64,000 nt of DNA, from positions 241,656 through 305,655 of the forward strand of contig DYEU01000032.1 in the NCBI GenBank assembly GCA_020725555.1, read 5' to 3'. The position numbers and the translations under genes are program-made. The notes below the pieces were generated by a model that was given only the letters and a program-made list of their open reading frames with translations, made no database searches and had not been told where the DNA came from. Of the stretch, positions 26,270-34,922 are shown in pieces (the stretch's first letter is position 1; each line of letters begins with the position of its first letter). Source of the DNA: Desulfatibacillum sp. Its GTDB lineage: Bacteria > Desulfobacterota > Desulfobacteria > Desulfobacterales > SpSt-501.

Positions 26270-27574
26270 TCACCAACGCCGCTCGAAGCGCTTGCGCAGC
26301 CAGATCGCCCCCGCGTTCATCACCACCAGGAACGCCAGCAGGACGAGAATCGCCGCCGAGGTGCGCTCCACGAAGGCGCGCTCCGGGCTGTCCGCCCAGA
26401 GGTAGATCTGCACCGGCAGCACGGTCGCCGGGTCGGTAAAGCCCTTGGGGATTTCCACGATGAAGGCCACCATGCCGATCATGAGCAGCGGGGCGCTTTC
26501 CCCCAGGGCGCGCGCCATGCCGATGATCGTCCCGGTCAGCATGCCCGGAAGCGCCAGCGGCAGCACGTGGTGCAGAACCGTCTGCATGCGCGAGGCCCCG
26601 ACCCCCAGCGCGGCCTCGCGGATCGAGGGCGGGACGGACTTCAGCGCCGAGCGGCCGGCGATGATGATCGTGGGCAGGGTCATGAGCGTGAGCACCAGCC
26701 CGCCGACGAGCGGGGCCGAGCGCGGCAGGTGCAGGAAATTCAAAAACACGGCCAGCCCCAGCAGGCCGAAGACGATCGAGGGCACGGCCGCGAGGTTGTT
26801 GATGTTGACCTCGATCAGGTCGGTGATCCGGCCCTTGCGCGCGAACTCCTCGAGATACACCGCGGCCGCGACCCCGATGGGGAAGGAGAGCATCAGCGTG
26901 ACCGCAAGCGTGAAGAAGGAGCCGCTGACCGCCCCCCAGATCCCGGCCTGCTCGGGCTCGCGCGAGTCGCCGGCGGTGAAGAAGGTGCGGTTGAAGCGCT
27001 TCTCGAGCCGTCCCTCCGCCGCCAGGCGCTCCAGCCAGGCGAATTGGCGGTCCGAGACGCGGCGCTCGGCCTCGGGGAGATCGCGGCGGAAATGGCCCTT
27101 GACCGCCATGTCGATGTCGGCCCCGGCCTTGAGCCAGACCTCGCGCGTCTGCCCGATCACGCCGGGATCGCGCATGACGAGATCGCGGAGATCGTAGACC
27201 GCGGCGCTGCTGACGAGGGCGGCGAGCTCGCGCCGCTCCCGGCGCCCCTCGACGTCGGGGAAGAGCCGCCCCAGGCTCGCGCGGATGAGCTGGCCGTAGT
27301 CGGCCTGGGCGAGCGCCTCGGCGTGCAGGACCTCGGGGTCGAAATGGACCGGCAGCCGGATTTCCGTCTGGCGGAAGGCGCTCACGCCGTTGGCGAGGAG
27401 GCTTGCGAACATCAGGGCGAGAAACCCCAGGCTCAGAACCACCGCTGCCAGCCCAAGGAGGCGGAACCGCCGTTCGCTGCGGTAGCGCCGGGGGAGGCTC
27501 GCCCGCACGACGGCGATCGTGCGGCTGTTTTCCGGGGTTTTCCCGGCCCTCGGGTGCCCTTGCGTCTTACTCAT
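26270..27574 (-). CDS. pstA: Phosphate ABC transporter permease PstA (long form)
   Basis: EAA-type loop GMARALGESAPLLMIG. 434 aa with an N-terminal extension. Confidence 0.88.
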   Translation of the reverse strand: MSKTQGHPRAGKTPENSRTIAVVRASLPRRYRSERRFRLLGLAAVVLSLGFLALMFASLLANGVSAFRQTEIRLPVHFDPEVLHAEALAQADYGQLIRASLGRLFPDVEGRRERRELAALVSSAAVYDLRDLVMRDPGVIGQTREVWLKAGADIDMAVKGHFRRDLPEAERRVSDRQFAWLERLAAEGRLEKRFNRTFFTAGDSREPEQAGIWGAVSGSFFTLAVTLMLSFPIGVAAAVYLEEFARKGRITDLIEVNINNLAAVPSIVFGLLGLAVFLNFLHLPRSAPLVGGLVLTLMTLPTIIIAGRSALKSVPPSIREAALGVGASRMQTVLHHVLPLALPGMLTGTIIGMARALGESAPLLMIGMVAFIVEIPKGFTDPATVLPVQIYLWADSPERAFVERTSAAILVLLAFLVVMNAGAIWLRKRFERRW

Positions 27575-28955
27575 ATTGCTCCCGGTAACGGCGCACGATG
27601 TAGAGGGCGATGACGTTCAGGCAGAGGGTCACCACGAACAGCACCAGCCCCAGGGCGAAGGCGGCGAGCGTCTTGGGGCTGTCGAACTCCTGGTCGCCGA
27701 TCAGCAGGGTCACGATCTGGACGGTGACCGTGGTCACGGCCTTGAGGGGATTCACGGTGAGGTTGGCGGCAAGACCCGCCGCCATGACCACGATCATCGT
27801 CTCCCCGATGGCCCGGGAGACCGCCAGGAGGATCCCCCCCATGATCCCGGGGAGCGCGGCGGGAACGACCACGCGCCGTACGGTCTCCGAGCGGGTCGCC
27901 CCCAGGCTGTAGGCGCCGTCCCGCAGCGACTGGGGGACGGCGTTGATGAAATCGTCGGAGAGCGAGCAGACGAAGGGGATGATCATGATCCCCATGACGA
28001 CGCCGGCGGCAAGGGCGCTCTCCGAGGCGACATCGAGCCCGAGCAGGCCGCCTGCGTCGCGGACGAAGGGGGCGACGGTCAGGGCGGCGAAAAAGCCGTA
28101 CACCACGGTGGGGATGCCGGCGAGAATCTCGATCAGCGGCTTGGCGACCGCGCGGAAGCTCTTTCCGGCATACTCCGAGAGATAGATGGCCGACATCAGC
28201 CCGATCGGGACCGCGACCACCATGGCGATGGCGGAGATGAGGGCCGTCCCCAGAAAGACGGGGACGGCGCCGAAGGCACCCGAGGCCCCCACCTGGTCGG
28301 CGCGGATCGCCATCTGCGGGCTCCAGGAGAGGCCGAAGAGAAACTCCCCGACGGGGATGATGCGGAAAAAGAGAACCGCCTCGTAGACCACGGAAAGGAC
28401 GATGCCGACGGTGGTGAAAACGGCGATCGTGGAGCAGGCGACGAGCATGGCGGTCAAAATGCCCTCGACGTGGTTGCGCGCCCGGAGCGTCGGCCGCAGG
28501 CGGCGGCGCACGAGGAGGGCCATGGCGGCGGCCAGGGAGAGCGTCACCACGGCGAGCGCCTGGCGGCTCAGGCCGAGAAGCCGCCGGTAGGTCGCCGCGG
28601 CCTCCCGCACCGCCGGATCCGCTGCCGTCTCCTCGAAACGCCCGCCGGCGACATTGCGGATGTCGTTCACGATCAGGCTGAGCCGGTCCCCGGGCAGGCT
28701 GCGCTGGGGCTCGGGGAGGCCCTCGACGACGATCCGGGTGATCACCTGGGATTCAAAGGCAAGCCAGAGGGCAAACAGCAAGATCGCCGGCAGGGCGCAC
28801 CACAGAGCGACCAGGGCGCCGTGATAATTCGGCCGGGAGTGCAACCTCTGCGCCCGGCCGCCTGCGCCGGCCAGGGCGAAAGCCCGGCGCCGGCCGAGGT
28901 GGTAGGCCGCCGCGGAAAAGGCGAGCAGCACGGCAAGCAGGACAAACGGAGGCAT
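27567..28955 (-). CDS. pstC: Phosphate ABC transporter permease PstC (long form)
   Basis: SRAIGETMIVVMAAG loop typical of PstC. 462 aa with an about 150-aa N-terminal extension. 8-nt overlap with pstA. Confidence 0.88.
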   Translation of the reverse strand: MPPFVLLAVLLAFSAAAYHLGRRRAFALAGAGGRAQRLHSRPNYHGALVALWCALPAILLFALWLAFESQVITRIVVEGLPEPQRSLPGDRLSLIVNDIRNVAGGRFEETAADPAVREAAATYRRLLGLSRQALAVVTLSLAAAMALLVRRRLRPTLRARNHVEGILTAMLVACSTIAVFTTVGIVLSVVYEAVLFFRIIPVGEFLFGLSWSPQMAIRADQVGASGAFGAVPVFLGTALISAIAMVVAVPIGLMSAIYLSEYAGKSFRAVAKPLIEILAGIPTVVYGFFAALTVAPFVRDAGGLLGLDVASESALAAGVVMGIMIIPFVCSLSDDFINAVPQSLRDGAYSLGATRSETVRRVVVPAALPGIMGGILLAVSRAIGETMIVVMAAGLAANLTVNPLKAVTTVTVQIVTLLIGDQEFDSPKTLAAFALGLVLFVVTLCLNVIALYIVRRYREQYE

Positions 28956-29025
28956 CGACCCCTTTCTCCGCCCATGGCGGCCCGGGAGTCCGGGCCTGTC
29001 GAAGAGGACGTAGTGTTGCGGTCTT

Positions 29026-29065
29026 TGGTTAGGTTTCGGTTAGACTTCGGTTAACATCTCGTTAG
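29026..29065 (-). promoter_or_regulatory. Pho box array upstream of pstC (four units at exact 11-bp phase)
   Basis: + strand TGGTTAG (29026), CGGTTAG (29037), CGGTTAA (29048) and TCGTTAG (29059). Gene orientation CTAACGA/TTAACCG/CTAACCG/CTAACCA. 71-110 bp upstream of the pstC ATG. Confidence 0.7.
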
Positions 29066-29070
29066 ACCGC

Positions 29071-29358
29071 TCATTCGTAAAAGAGCTCCGGCGAGACGGC
29101 CAAGAATTGGGCCTGCCGCGAAAGAAGCGCCACCCGCGGCAGGGCCTCCTGGGGGGAGTTGCGGGTGGCGGCGAACGCGAGCTCCGCCGCCAGGCGGCGG
29201 ACGTAGTCGACCCGCTTGACGCAATGCATGCAGGTGTCGTTGTTCTTGTCGGCGTCGTGAAGAAGGCAACTGCGGCAGGGGCTGGTCATGGGTTCCATCC
29301 TTTTCACAGCGTGCGGTTTTTGGATCGATCCGCCGCGGCCGCGGCGGATCACGACCAC
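29071..29358 (-). CDS. Hypothetical small Cys4 (zinc-ribbon-like) protein
   Basis: SPCRSCLLHDADKNNDTCMHCVKRVDY (CxxC-N13-CxxC). Natural composition, unlike the overlapping frames. The true start is probably an internal Met (29298 or 29289). Confidence 0.45.
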   Translation of the reverse strand: MVVIRRGRGGSIQKPHAVKRMEPMTSPCRSCLLHDADKNNDTCMHCVKRVDYVRRLAAELAFAATRNSPQEALPRVALLSRQAQFLAVSPELFYE

Positions 29359-29406
29359 CCTGACGCCCGGGCGTTGCCCCGCGATGAGGAGCAGGTGAGA
29401 ATCGCG

Positions 29407-29424
29407 CTAACCCGGGCCTGCTCC
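29407..29424 (+). promoter_or_regulatory. Candidate Pho box (distal) upstream of the RPH-like gene
   Basis: CTAACCC (29407) and CTGCTCC (29418), 11 bp apart. Confidence 0.4.
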
Positions 29425-29461
29425 GGAACGACACCGCCCTCGGGGGCTCCGCTTGCTCGGG

Positions 29462-29490
29462 CTCATCGAATTCTAACCCGCCTGTGCCAT
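29462..29490 (+). promoter_or_regulatory. Candidate Pho box (proximal) upstream of the RPH-like gene
   Basis: CTCATCG (29462), CTAACCC (29473) and GTGCCAT (29484) at 11-bp phase. 58-86 bp upstream of the ATG at 29548. Confidence 0.5.
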
Positions 29491-29547
29491 CCGTTCGCTG
29501 GCCGGCACAGGGCTTCCGCCTATCCCACCCGAGGATGAGGATCCGTC

Positions 29548-31920
29548 ATGGGCGACATCGTCCGCATCGAAGACCCCGAGGCCATCGACGAAACCCGGGT
29601 CGGCCGCAAGTTCGCCGCCCTGGCTCGAGCCTCGCGCCTGGGCATCGCCGTGCCCGAGGCCGTGGCCGTCGGCACGCGGGCCCACGCCTCCTGGCGCAGC
29701 TCCGGCGCATGGCCCGAGGGGTTGAAGGAGGAGGTCCTCGCGGCAGCGGAGCGGCTGGGATGGGACGCGGGCCTTGCGGTCCGATCCTCGGCCGTCAAGG
29801 AGGATCTCGCCGGCTGCAGCTTTGCCGGGCAATACCGCAGCTTTCTCCAAGTCTCCACGCCGGAGGAGCTTTTCCGCCGCGTGGAAGATTGCTGGGATAG
29901 CGCCGCCTCGGAAACAGTGCGTGCCTACCTCGCGGCGCTCGCCGTCGAGGGGGCGGAAGCGGAAGCCCCGCTTCTCGCCGTGGTGCTGCAGCGCATGGTC
30001 CCGGCCGCCTGGTCGGGGGTGGCCTTCAGCCGTGACCCGCGGGCGCCGCAGCGCTCGGAGGCGCTCTGGATCGAGGCCGTGGCGGGAACGGCGGAATCGC
30101 TGGTTTCGGGCCTCGCGATCCCCTGGCGGGTCCGGATCGCCCGCCGGCCGGGAGCGCGGCCCGAAGCGGACGCCGGAAGCGCCCGCCGGATGCCGCCGGC
30201 TCTCCCCTGGAAGGCGGTCGCCGGCCTGCTCCTCACTCTGGAACAACGGCTGGGGGAAAACGGCCTGGACATCGAGTGGGCGGTCGACCGCGACGGCATC
30301 CTCTGGCTCCTCCAGCTCCGACCCATCACCGCGGCCGCAGCCGTCCCCGAGGACCTTCCGCCCCCCGGAATCTGGACGCGACGGCTGGCCGAGGATCTCT
30401 GGGGCGACCGGATCGAGCCGTTTTTCGCCGATGTCCTGCTGCGGCATGCGCCGCGTTTCGATCTCTCCCGCATTCTGACCCGCCTGGGCATCCCCCCGGT
30501 GCGGCCGTCGCTCGCCGTCATCGCCGGTTACCTCTACCTGAACGCCGGGGCCCTCTCCCGGATGGCGGCACAGCTTCCGCGGCGCTGGCGCCCCGCCGAG
30601 CTCGAAGGCCTTCTTCCGCCCGGGGCGAGGCCGGAGGCGACGCCGGCCCCGCCCTTTCCGCGACGGGGTGAGCTTTTGCTGCGGCTGCTCGCCCTGCCGT
30701 TTCGCGAGCCGCAATGCCTGCCGGGCATCTGCCTGCGGCGGGCGGCACGCACCGTCGCCGCCCTCGGCGAGCGCATCGCCGAGAGCCTCAGGCTTCCCGG
30801 GGGGACGGCCGCGGAGCGCCTCGCAGCACTTGCCTTCGACCTCGAAACCCTCGCCCGGATCCAGGAGAACAACCAGTGGCCTTACTTCCACGCCGCCGCC
30901 CTGCTCGCGGCTCTCCGCGAGGCGGCAGCCCGCCGGGGCCTGCCGGGAGAGGATGTGCTGCGGCTGATCGGCCGCAAGGCCGACAACGTGACGATCCGGA
31001 TCGAGGCCTGGTTCCGCGAGACGGCCGCACGCATCCGCAGCCGGCCGGAACTGGCGCACCGCTTTGCCTCAGCCCCGGCGGGAAGCGATCTGCGGCGCAT
31101 CCTGCCGCCGGACCTGGACCGGGAGCTCGAGCGGTTCCTCGCCGCCTGGGGCGCACGCGCCCGGCACCGCTCGCTCCTTGTGCCGCGCTGGGCCGAAGCC
31201 CCGGAGGAGGTCTTGAGAATTCTTCAGGCGCTGGTCCGCAACCCCGCCCCCGCCCGGTCGGCCGGGGGCGGAGAGGTCCTCGCCCCGCCGCTTCTTCTCC
31301 GGTGGCTCTCCCGCCGGGTGACCCGGTTTCTCGACCTGCGGGAGGAGCTGCGCTTTCTCCTCGACCGGGCGCTCTACCGCATCCGGATCGATCTTCTGGC
31401 GTTGGGGCGGCTGCTCGGAGCGGGGGAAGAGATCTTTTACCTCAGGCTCGAGGAGATCGAGGCGCTCGCGCTGGGCGCACTTGCCCTCCCGGAGGCCCTT
31501 TCCCGGGCCGGAAGGCGCAAGCGGCGTTTCGCGACAGCGCCCGATCCGAGCCCCTTCTGGATCGACGGCCGGCCCCACCACGAGCTGACCACCGCGCACC
31601 GCATCCTGCGGGGCATCGGGGCGAGCCCGGGGACGGCGACCGGGCGGGCCGTTCTGGTGACCGACCCGGCGGATCCCTCGGTGCGCCGCGGCGACATTCT
31701 CGTGGCGCGGCACACCGACCCCGGGTGGACGCCGGTCTTCAGCATCGCGGGGGGGGTCGTCACCGAGGAGGGCGGGCTCCTGAATCACTGTGCGATCGTG
31801 GCCCGCGAGCTGGGCATCCCCACCGTCGTCGGGGTTCGGGGGGCGATGCGCCTTGTGCCGCAGGGCTCGCGGATCACCGTGGACGGCAGCTCGGGGACGA
31901 TCCTGATTCCGCCGGAATGA
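29548..31920 (+). CDS. PEP-synthase-family phosphotransferase with rifampicin-phosphotransferase-like architecture (ATP-grasp, helical middle domain, C-terminal swivel His domain)
   Basis: N-terminal VGRKFAALA...SSAVKEDLAGCSFAGQY...DIEWAVDRDGILWLLQLRP. Middle GIWTRRLAEDLWGD. C-terminal GIGASPGTATGRAV...GGLLNHCAIVARELGIPTVVG. Confidence 0.85.
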   Translation: MGDIVRIEDPEAIDETRVGRKFAALARASRLGIAVPEAVAVGTRAHASWRSSGAWPEGLKEEVLAAAERLGWDAGLAVRSSAVKEDLAGCSFAGQYRSFLQVSTPEELFRRVEDCWDSAASETVRAYLAALAVEGAEAEAPLLAVVLQRMVPAAWSGVAFSRDPRAPQRSEALWIEAVAGTAESLVSGLAIPWRVRIARRPGARPEADAGSARRMPPALPWKAVAGLLLTLEQRLGENGLDIEWAVDRDGILWLLQLRPITAAAAVPEDLPPPGIWTRRLAEDLWGDRIEPFFADVLLRHAPRFDLSRILTRLGIPPVRPSLAVIAGYLYLNAGALSRMAAQLPRRWRPAELEGLLPPGARPEATPAPPFPRRGELLLRLLALPFREPQCLPGICLRRAARTVAALGERIAESLRLPGGTAAERLAALAFDLETLARIQENNQWPYFHAAALLAALREAAARRGLPGEDVLRLIGRKADNVTIRIEAWFRETAARIRSRPELAHRFASAPAGSDLRRILPPDLDRELERFLAAWGARARHRSLLVPRWAEAPEEVLRILQALVRNPAPARSAGGGEVLAPPLLLRWLSRRVTRFLDLREELRFLLDRALYRIRIDLLALGRLLGAGEEIFYLRLEEIEALALGALALPEALSRAGRRKRRFATAPDPSPFWIDGRPHHELTTAHRILRGIGASPGTATGRAVLVTDPADPSVRRGDILVARHTDPGWTPVFSIAGGVVTEEGGLLNHCAIVARELGIPTVVGVRGAMRLVPQGSRITVDGSSGTILIPPE

Positions 31921-32995
31921 GCGGCCGGGCGGACCGCCTGCCGCCCGCCGGCACCGCCTCGACCGGAAAGAGGGTCTCCTCCCAGCAGCGGCGCGCCAGG
32001 TCCGCCGGATCTTCCCACGAGCAGCCTGCGATCCAGCGGGCGATGTGCGCGGCCACGTCGGGGTAGCGGACGCGGACGCCGCCGGGGCGCCGCAGAAAGG
32101 CCTCCACCGCCCTTCCGTCCAGCCGGTTCATCACCTCCCCCAGGCCGAGCAGGGTGAGCGCCCGCGCGTTGGAGAGCTGCTCCATCTGACCGCCTAGCGG
32201 CTTGACGAGGATCTTCTTGCCGAGCTGCAGCGCCTCGCTGGCGAGCTCGAAGCCGGCATTGGTGATCACCCCGGCGCTCTCGGCGAGCGCCCGGAGAAAG
32301 CCGGCGCGGCGGAGCGGACGCCAGCGGAGATGCCCCTCGTCGACGGGGCGCTCAAGATGATGATGGATACGAAATTCCCACCCGGAAAAGGGGGCGAGGA
32401 GCCGGCGGATGTCCTCGATCTCCTCAAAGGGCAGGTAGACAAGAATGCATCTCTCGCGCACCAGACCGCCGGCCGGCAGCTCCGGCACCACGGGGGGAAG
32501 GATCGGCTGGCCGAAGGAATGCCAGTGCAGGCCCAGGCGGTGGCGGGCCGGGGCGAACCGCCGCAGGACGAACCAGGCGAAGGGGTCGAAGCCGGCGACG
32601 GGGATGCGGTAGTGGAAGGCGTACTGGTGGCCGATGCCGATCGCGGGCAGGCGGTGGCGGAGCGCGATGCGCGCGGTGATGGGCTCGAAGTCGGTGATCA
32701 CCAGATCCACGCCGCGGGCGTCCTCGAGGCGGATGTCGCGGTAGAAACGGGCGAGGTTCAACCCGGCGAGCGTCCGGAACGGCTGGAGCCTTCCCCGGCG
32801 CGTGGCGAAGGTGAGCCCGGGCAACACCCGGTAGGGCTCGAAGGCCTCCATGTCCCAGAGGCGCTCGGCGGGGCGGCCGCTCACGATCACGCGCACCTCG
32901 TGCCCGTCCTGCTTGAGGCGGCGGACGATTTCCCGCGAGCGGCTGAGATGGCCGTTGCCCGTTCCCTGGACGCCGTAGAGGATGCGCAAACCCAT
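31874..32995 (-). CDS. MJ1255/VC2487-family (GT28/MurG-like fold) glycosyltransferase
   Basis: N-terminal ILYGVQGTGNGHLSRSREI motif characteristic of this family. 373 aa. The 3' end overlaps the convergent RPH-like gene by 47 nt. Confidence 0.75.
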   Translation of the reverse strand: MGLRILYGVQGTGNGHLSRSREIVRRLKQDGHEVRVIVSGRPAERLWDMEAFEPYRVLPGLTFATRRGRLQPFRTLAGLNLARFYRDIRLEDARGVDLVITDFEPITARIALRHRLPAIGIGHQYAFHYRIPVAGFDPFAWFVLRRFAPARHRLGLHWHSFGQPILPPVVPELPAGGLVRERCILVYLPFEEIEDIRRLLAPFSGWEFRIHHHLERPVDEGHLRWRPLRRAGFLRALAESAGVITNAGFELASEALQLGKKILVKPLGGQMEQLSNARALTLLGLGEVMNRLDGRAVEAFLRRPGGVRVRYPDVAAHIARWIAGCSWEDPADLARRCWEETLFPVEAVPAGGRRSARPLIPAESGSSPSCRPR

Positions 32996-32998
32996 CGA

Positions 32999-33526
32999 TC
33001 ATCCCACGGCGCGGATGCCGCAGGCGGCGCTCAGGATGCCGAGGAGCATCCCCGCCAGGACATCGCTGGGGAAATGAACCCCTAAATAGACGCGGGAGAC
33101 GCCCACGGCGGCGGCCCAGAGACCCGCCGCGGGGAGGAGCGGCGGGCAGGCCTCCGCAAGGAGGGTCGCCGCCACGAAGGCGGCGGCCGTGTGGCCGGAA
33201 GGGAAGCTGAAGCGGTCGGAGGGCCTCCGGCGGCAGGCGATGCCGGCGACGACTTCGAAGGGCCGGCTGCGCCGGACCGCCTGTTTGATGAGCCGGTAGG
33301 CGGCGAGCTCCACGGCGAAGGCGATGCTCCCCGCCAGAAGGAAGAAGCGGCCGGCGGGCGGATCCAGCAACCACAGCAGGATCGCCAGCAGCGGATAGGC
33401 CGGGCCGTCGCCGCTCGCGGAGATGCGGCGCAACCCGCGGGCGATCCACCGCCGGTCGTCCAGGCAAAATATTGCCGCCACGCCGCGGGCGTCCCAGCGC
33501 ACCAAACGATCGACAAGCGCCTGCAT
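32999..33526 (-). CDS. PAP2-family phosphatase (phosphatidic-acid / lipid phosphate phosphatase type)
   Basis: KxxxxxxRP (IKQAVRRSRP), PSGH (FPSGHTAAAF) and SRxxxxxHxxxD (SRVYLGVHFPSD) signature motifs. ATG at 33526 chosen inside the artefactual long ORF. Confidence 0.85.
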   Translation of the reverse strand: MQALVDRLVRWDARGVAAIFCLDDRRWIARGLRRISASGDGPAYPLLAILLWLLDPPAGRFFLLAGSIAFAVELAAYRLIKQAVRRSRPFEVVAGIACRRRPSDRFSFPSGHTAAAFVAATLLAEACPPLLPAAGLWAAAVGVSRVYLGVHFPSDVLAGMLLGILSAACGIRAVG

Positions 33527-33582
33527 GGTGTCAGGATGGCGGTTTCCTGTTTCGATCGCGTGAGGAAGACGTGCGTTTTCGG

Positions 33583-34776
33583 TTACAGCCCGGTGGCGAT
33601 CACGAGGTCCGTGATCGGGCCGCGGGACTTCTCCCCCTTGAGCACGAGGTGCGCGTAGATGCGGCTTCCCCTGAACTTCTTGACCAACCAGTTCAGGCCG
33701 TTGTTCTCGGGGCTGAGGTAGGGCGGGTCCACCTGGCGGGTGTCTCCCAGGCAGAAGCATTTCACCCCTTCGCCCATGCGGGAGAGCAGGGTGCGGCACT
33801 CCTGGCGCGAGAGGTTCTGCATTTCGTCGATGATGACGACCGCCTGTTCCAGGTTCATGCCGCGGATGAAATTGAGCGGGAGAATTTCGAAGAGCCGGGG
33901 GTTGAACAGCGGCGGGTTCGTCTCCGCGTCCTGAAACAGCTTGTTCGCCGGGCGCAGGCGGTGGAGCTTGAGCACCAGGTCGGAGACGGCGCGCGTGTAG
34001 GGCTCCATTTTTTCGTCGAGCCTCCCCGGCAGGTAGCCCAGCTTCTGGCCGATTTCGACGGTGGGCTTGACCACGTAGATTTTCTCGTGGCTCTTGCGCT
34101 CCAAGACGAGCGTCAAGGCGCAGGCGAGCGCCAGAAAGCTCTTGCCGTAGCCCGCTTCGCTCTGGATCGAAACCACCAGAAGCTCCGGGTTCATCATCAG
34201 CTCGATCGCCAGGTTCTGGTAGACGTTGCGCGGGGTGACCTTCCAGGCCCGGTGCAGGTAGTCGATCGTCTTCTCCCCTTCGGCGCCGACAAAGACCGGC
34301 TTTCCCTGCTCGTTCCAGAAGAAGCTGTTCACCGGGGCCCGGGCGCGGTCGGGGGCAAAGCCGGTAAAATGCTCGGCCTCGGAGCGGAAGGGGACGGACT
34401 CGCGGTAAATTTCGCTCGGGATGCCGTTCAGCCGGGCCTCGAGCTGCAGCATGCGGTCGTTGGTCACGAGAATCGGCCGCTCGAGGCGGCTTGCCCGGAT
34501 CTCCTCGAGGATGAATCGGTCCACGCGGTCGGCGAAGCGGGCGGCGACGCCGGCGGTTTCGAGGACCTGGAAGGCATCCGGGTCCGCCATGAGCTGGTCC
34601 ACCACGCGGCCGACGACATGGCGGTGCCGGGGGTGCTTGCGAAGATGGTTCAGCTCGAGGAGGACGTGGTGCGGAATGAAAATGCGGTTCTGGTTTCCGT
34701 TGCGCAGCTTGAGGAGGCATTGCGGGTCTTCGAGCAAGACGTTGGTGTCGACAACATACTCCTTGGCTTCATTCAT
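33583..34776 (-). CDS. phoH: PhoH-family ATPase with N-terminal PIN domain (YlaK-like)
   Basis: PIN start YVVDTNVLLEDP. P-loop SIQSEAGYGKSFLA. PhoH core VVIIDEMQNL. ATG at 34776 has a GGAGGA RBS 9 nt upstream (track start 34785 is a TTG). Confidence 0.85.
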   Translation of the reverse strand: MNEAKEYVVDTNVLLEDPQCLLKLRNGNQNRIFIPHHVLLELNHLRKHPRHRHVVGRVVDQLMADPDAFQVLETAGVAARFADRVDRFILEEIRASRLERPILVTNDRMLQLEARLNGIPSEIYRESVPFRSEAEHFTGFAPDRARAPVNSFFWNEQGKPVFVGAEGEKTIDYLHRAWKVTPRNVYQNLAIELMMNPELLVVSIQSEAGYGKSFLALACALTLVLERKSHEKIYVVKPTVEIGQKLGYLPGRLDEKMEPYTRAVSDLVLKLHRLRPANKLFQDAETNPPLFNPRLFEILPLNFIRGMNLEQAVVIIDEMQNLSRQECRTLLSRMGEGVKCFCLGDTRQVDPPYLSPENNGLNWLVKKFRGSRIYAHLVLKGEKSRGPITDLVIATGL

Positions 34777-34922
34777 GCGCGGCAATCCTCCGCTGGGGTT
34801 TGGGAAAGCCGAAACTGCTGCGGCTGGCGGCGGCCGGGCGGCGCCGCAGGCCTGCGGGGCGGCAGGAACAGAGCGGATCGGGGGGAGAAGAAAGGGAAAC
34901 CCTGTCGGCCATGGAAACGGGG

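Noticed and set aside
29026-29065. Possibility that the short tandem repeats here and at 50554-50593 are a degenerate CRISPR or other repeat array
   Set aside because: The units are 7 bp with 4-bp spacers (11-bp period), four copies at most, and imperfect. They lie in promoter regions of Pho genes. No cas genes or 25-40-bp repeats occur anywhere in the window.
29107-29538. 143-aa plus-strand ORF spanning the pstC-proximal intergenic region
   Set aside because: Arg/Gly/Ala/His-rich composition. It runs antisense to the better-composed Cys4 ORF and straight through the Pho-box arrays.
33583-34776. PIN-PhoH protein as a toxin or anti-phage defence ATPase
   Set aside because: PIN plus PhoH (YlaK-type) is a widespread housekeeping-like architecture. 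There is no antitoxin-sized partner. It is embedded in a Pho-box operon of lipid genes.
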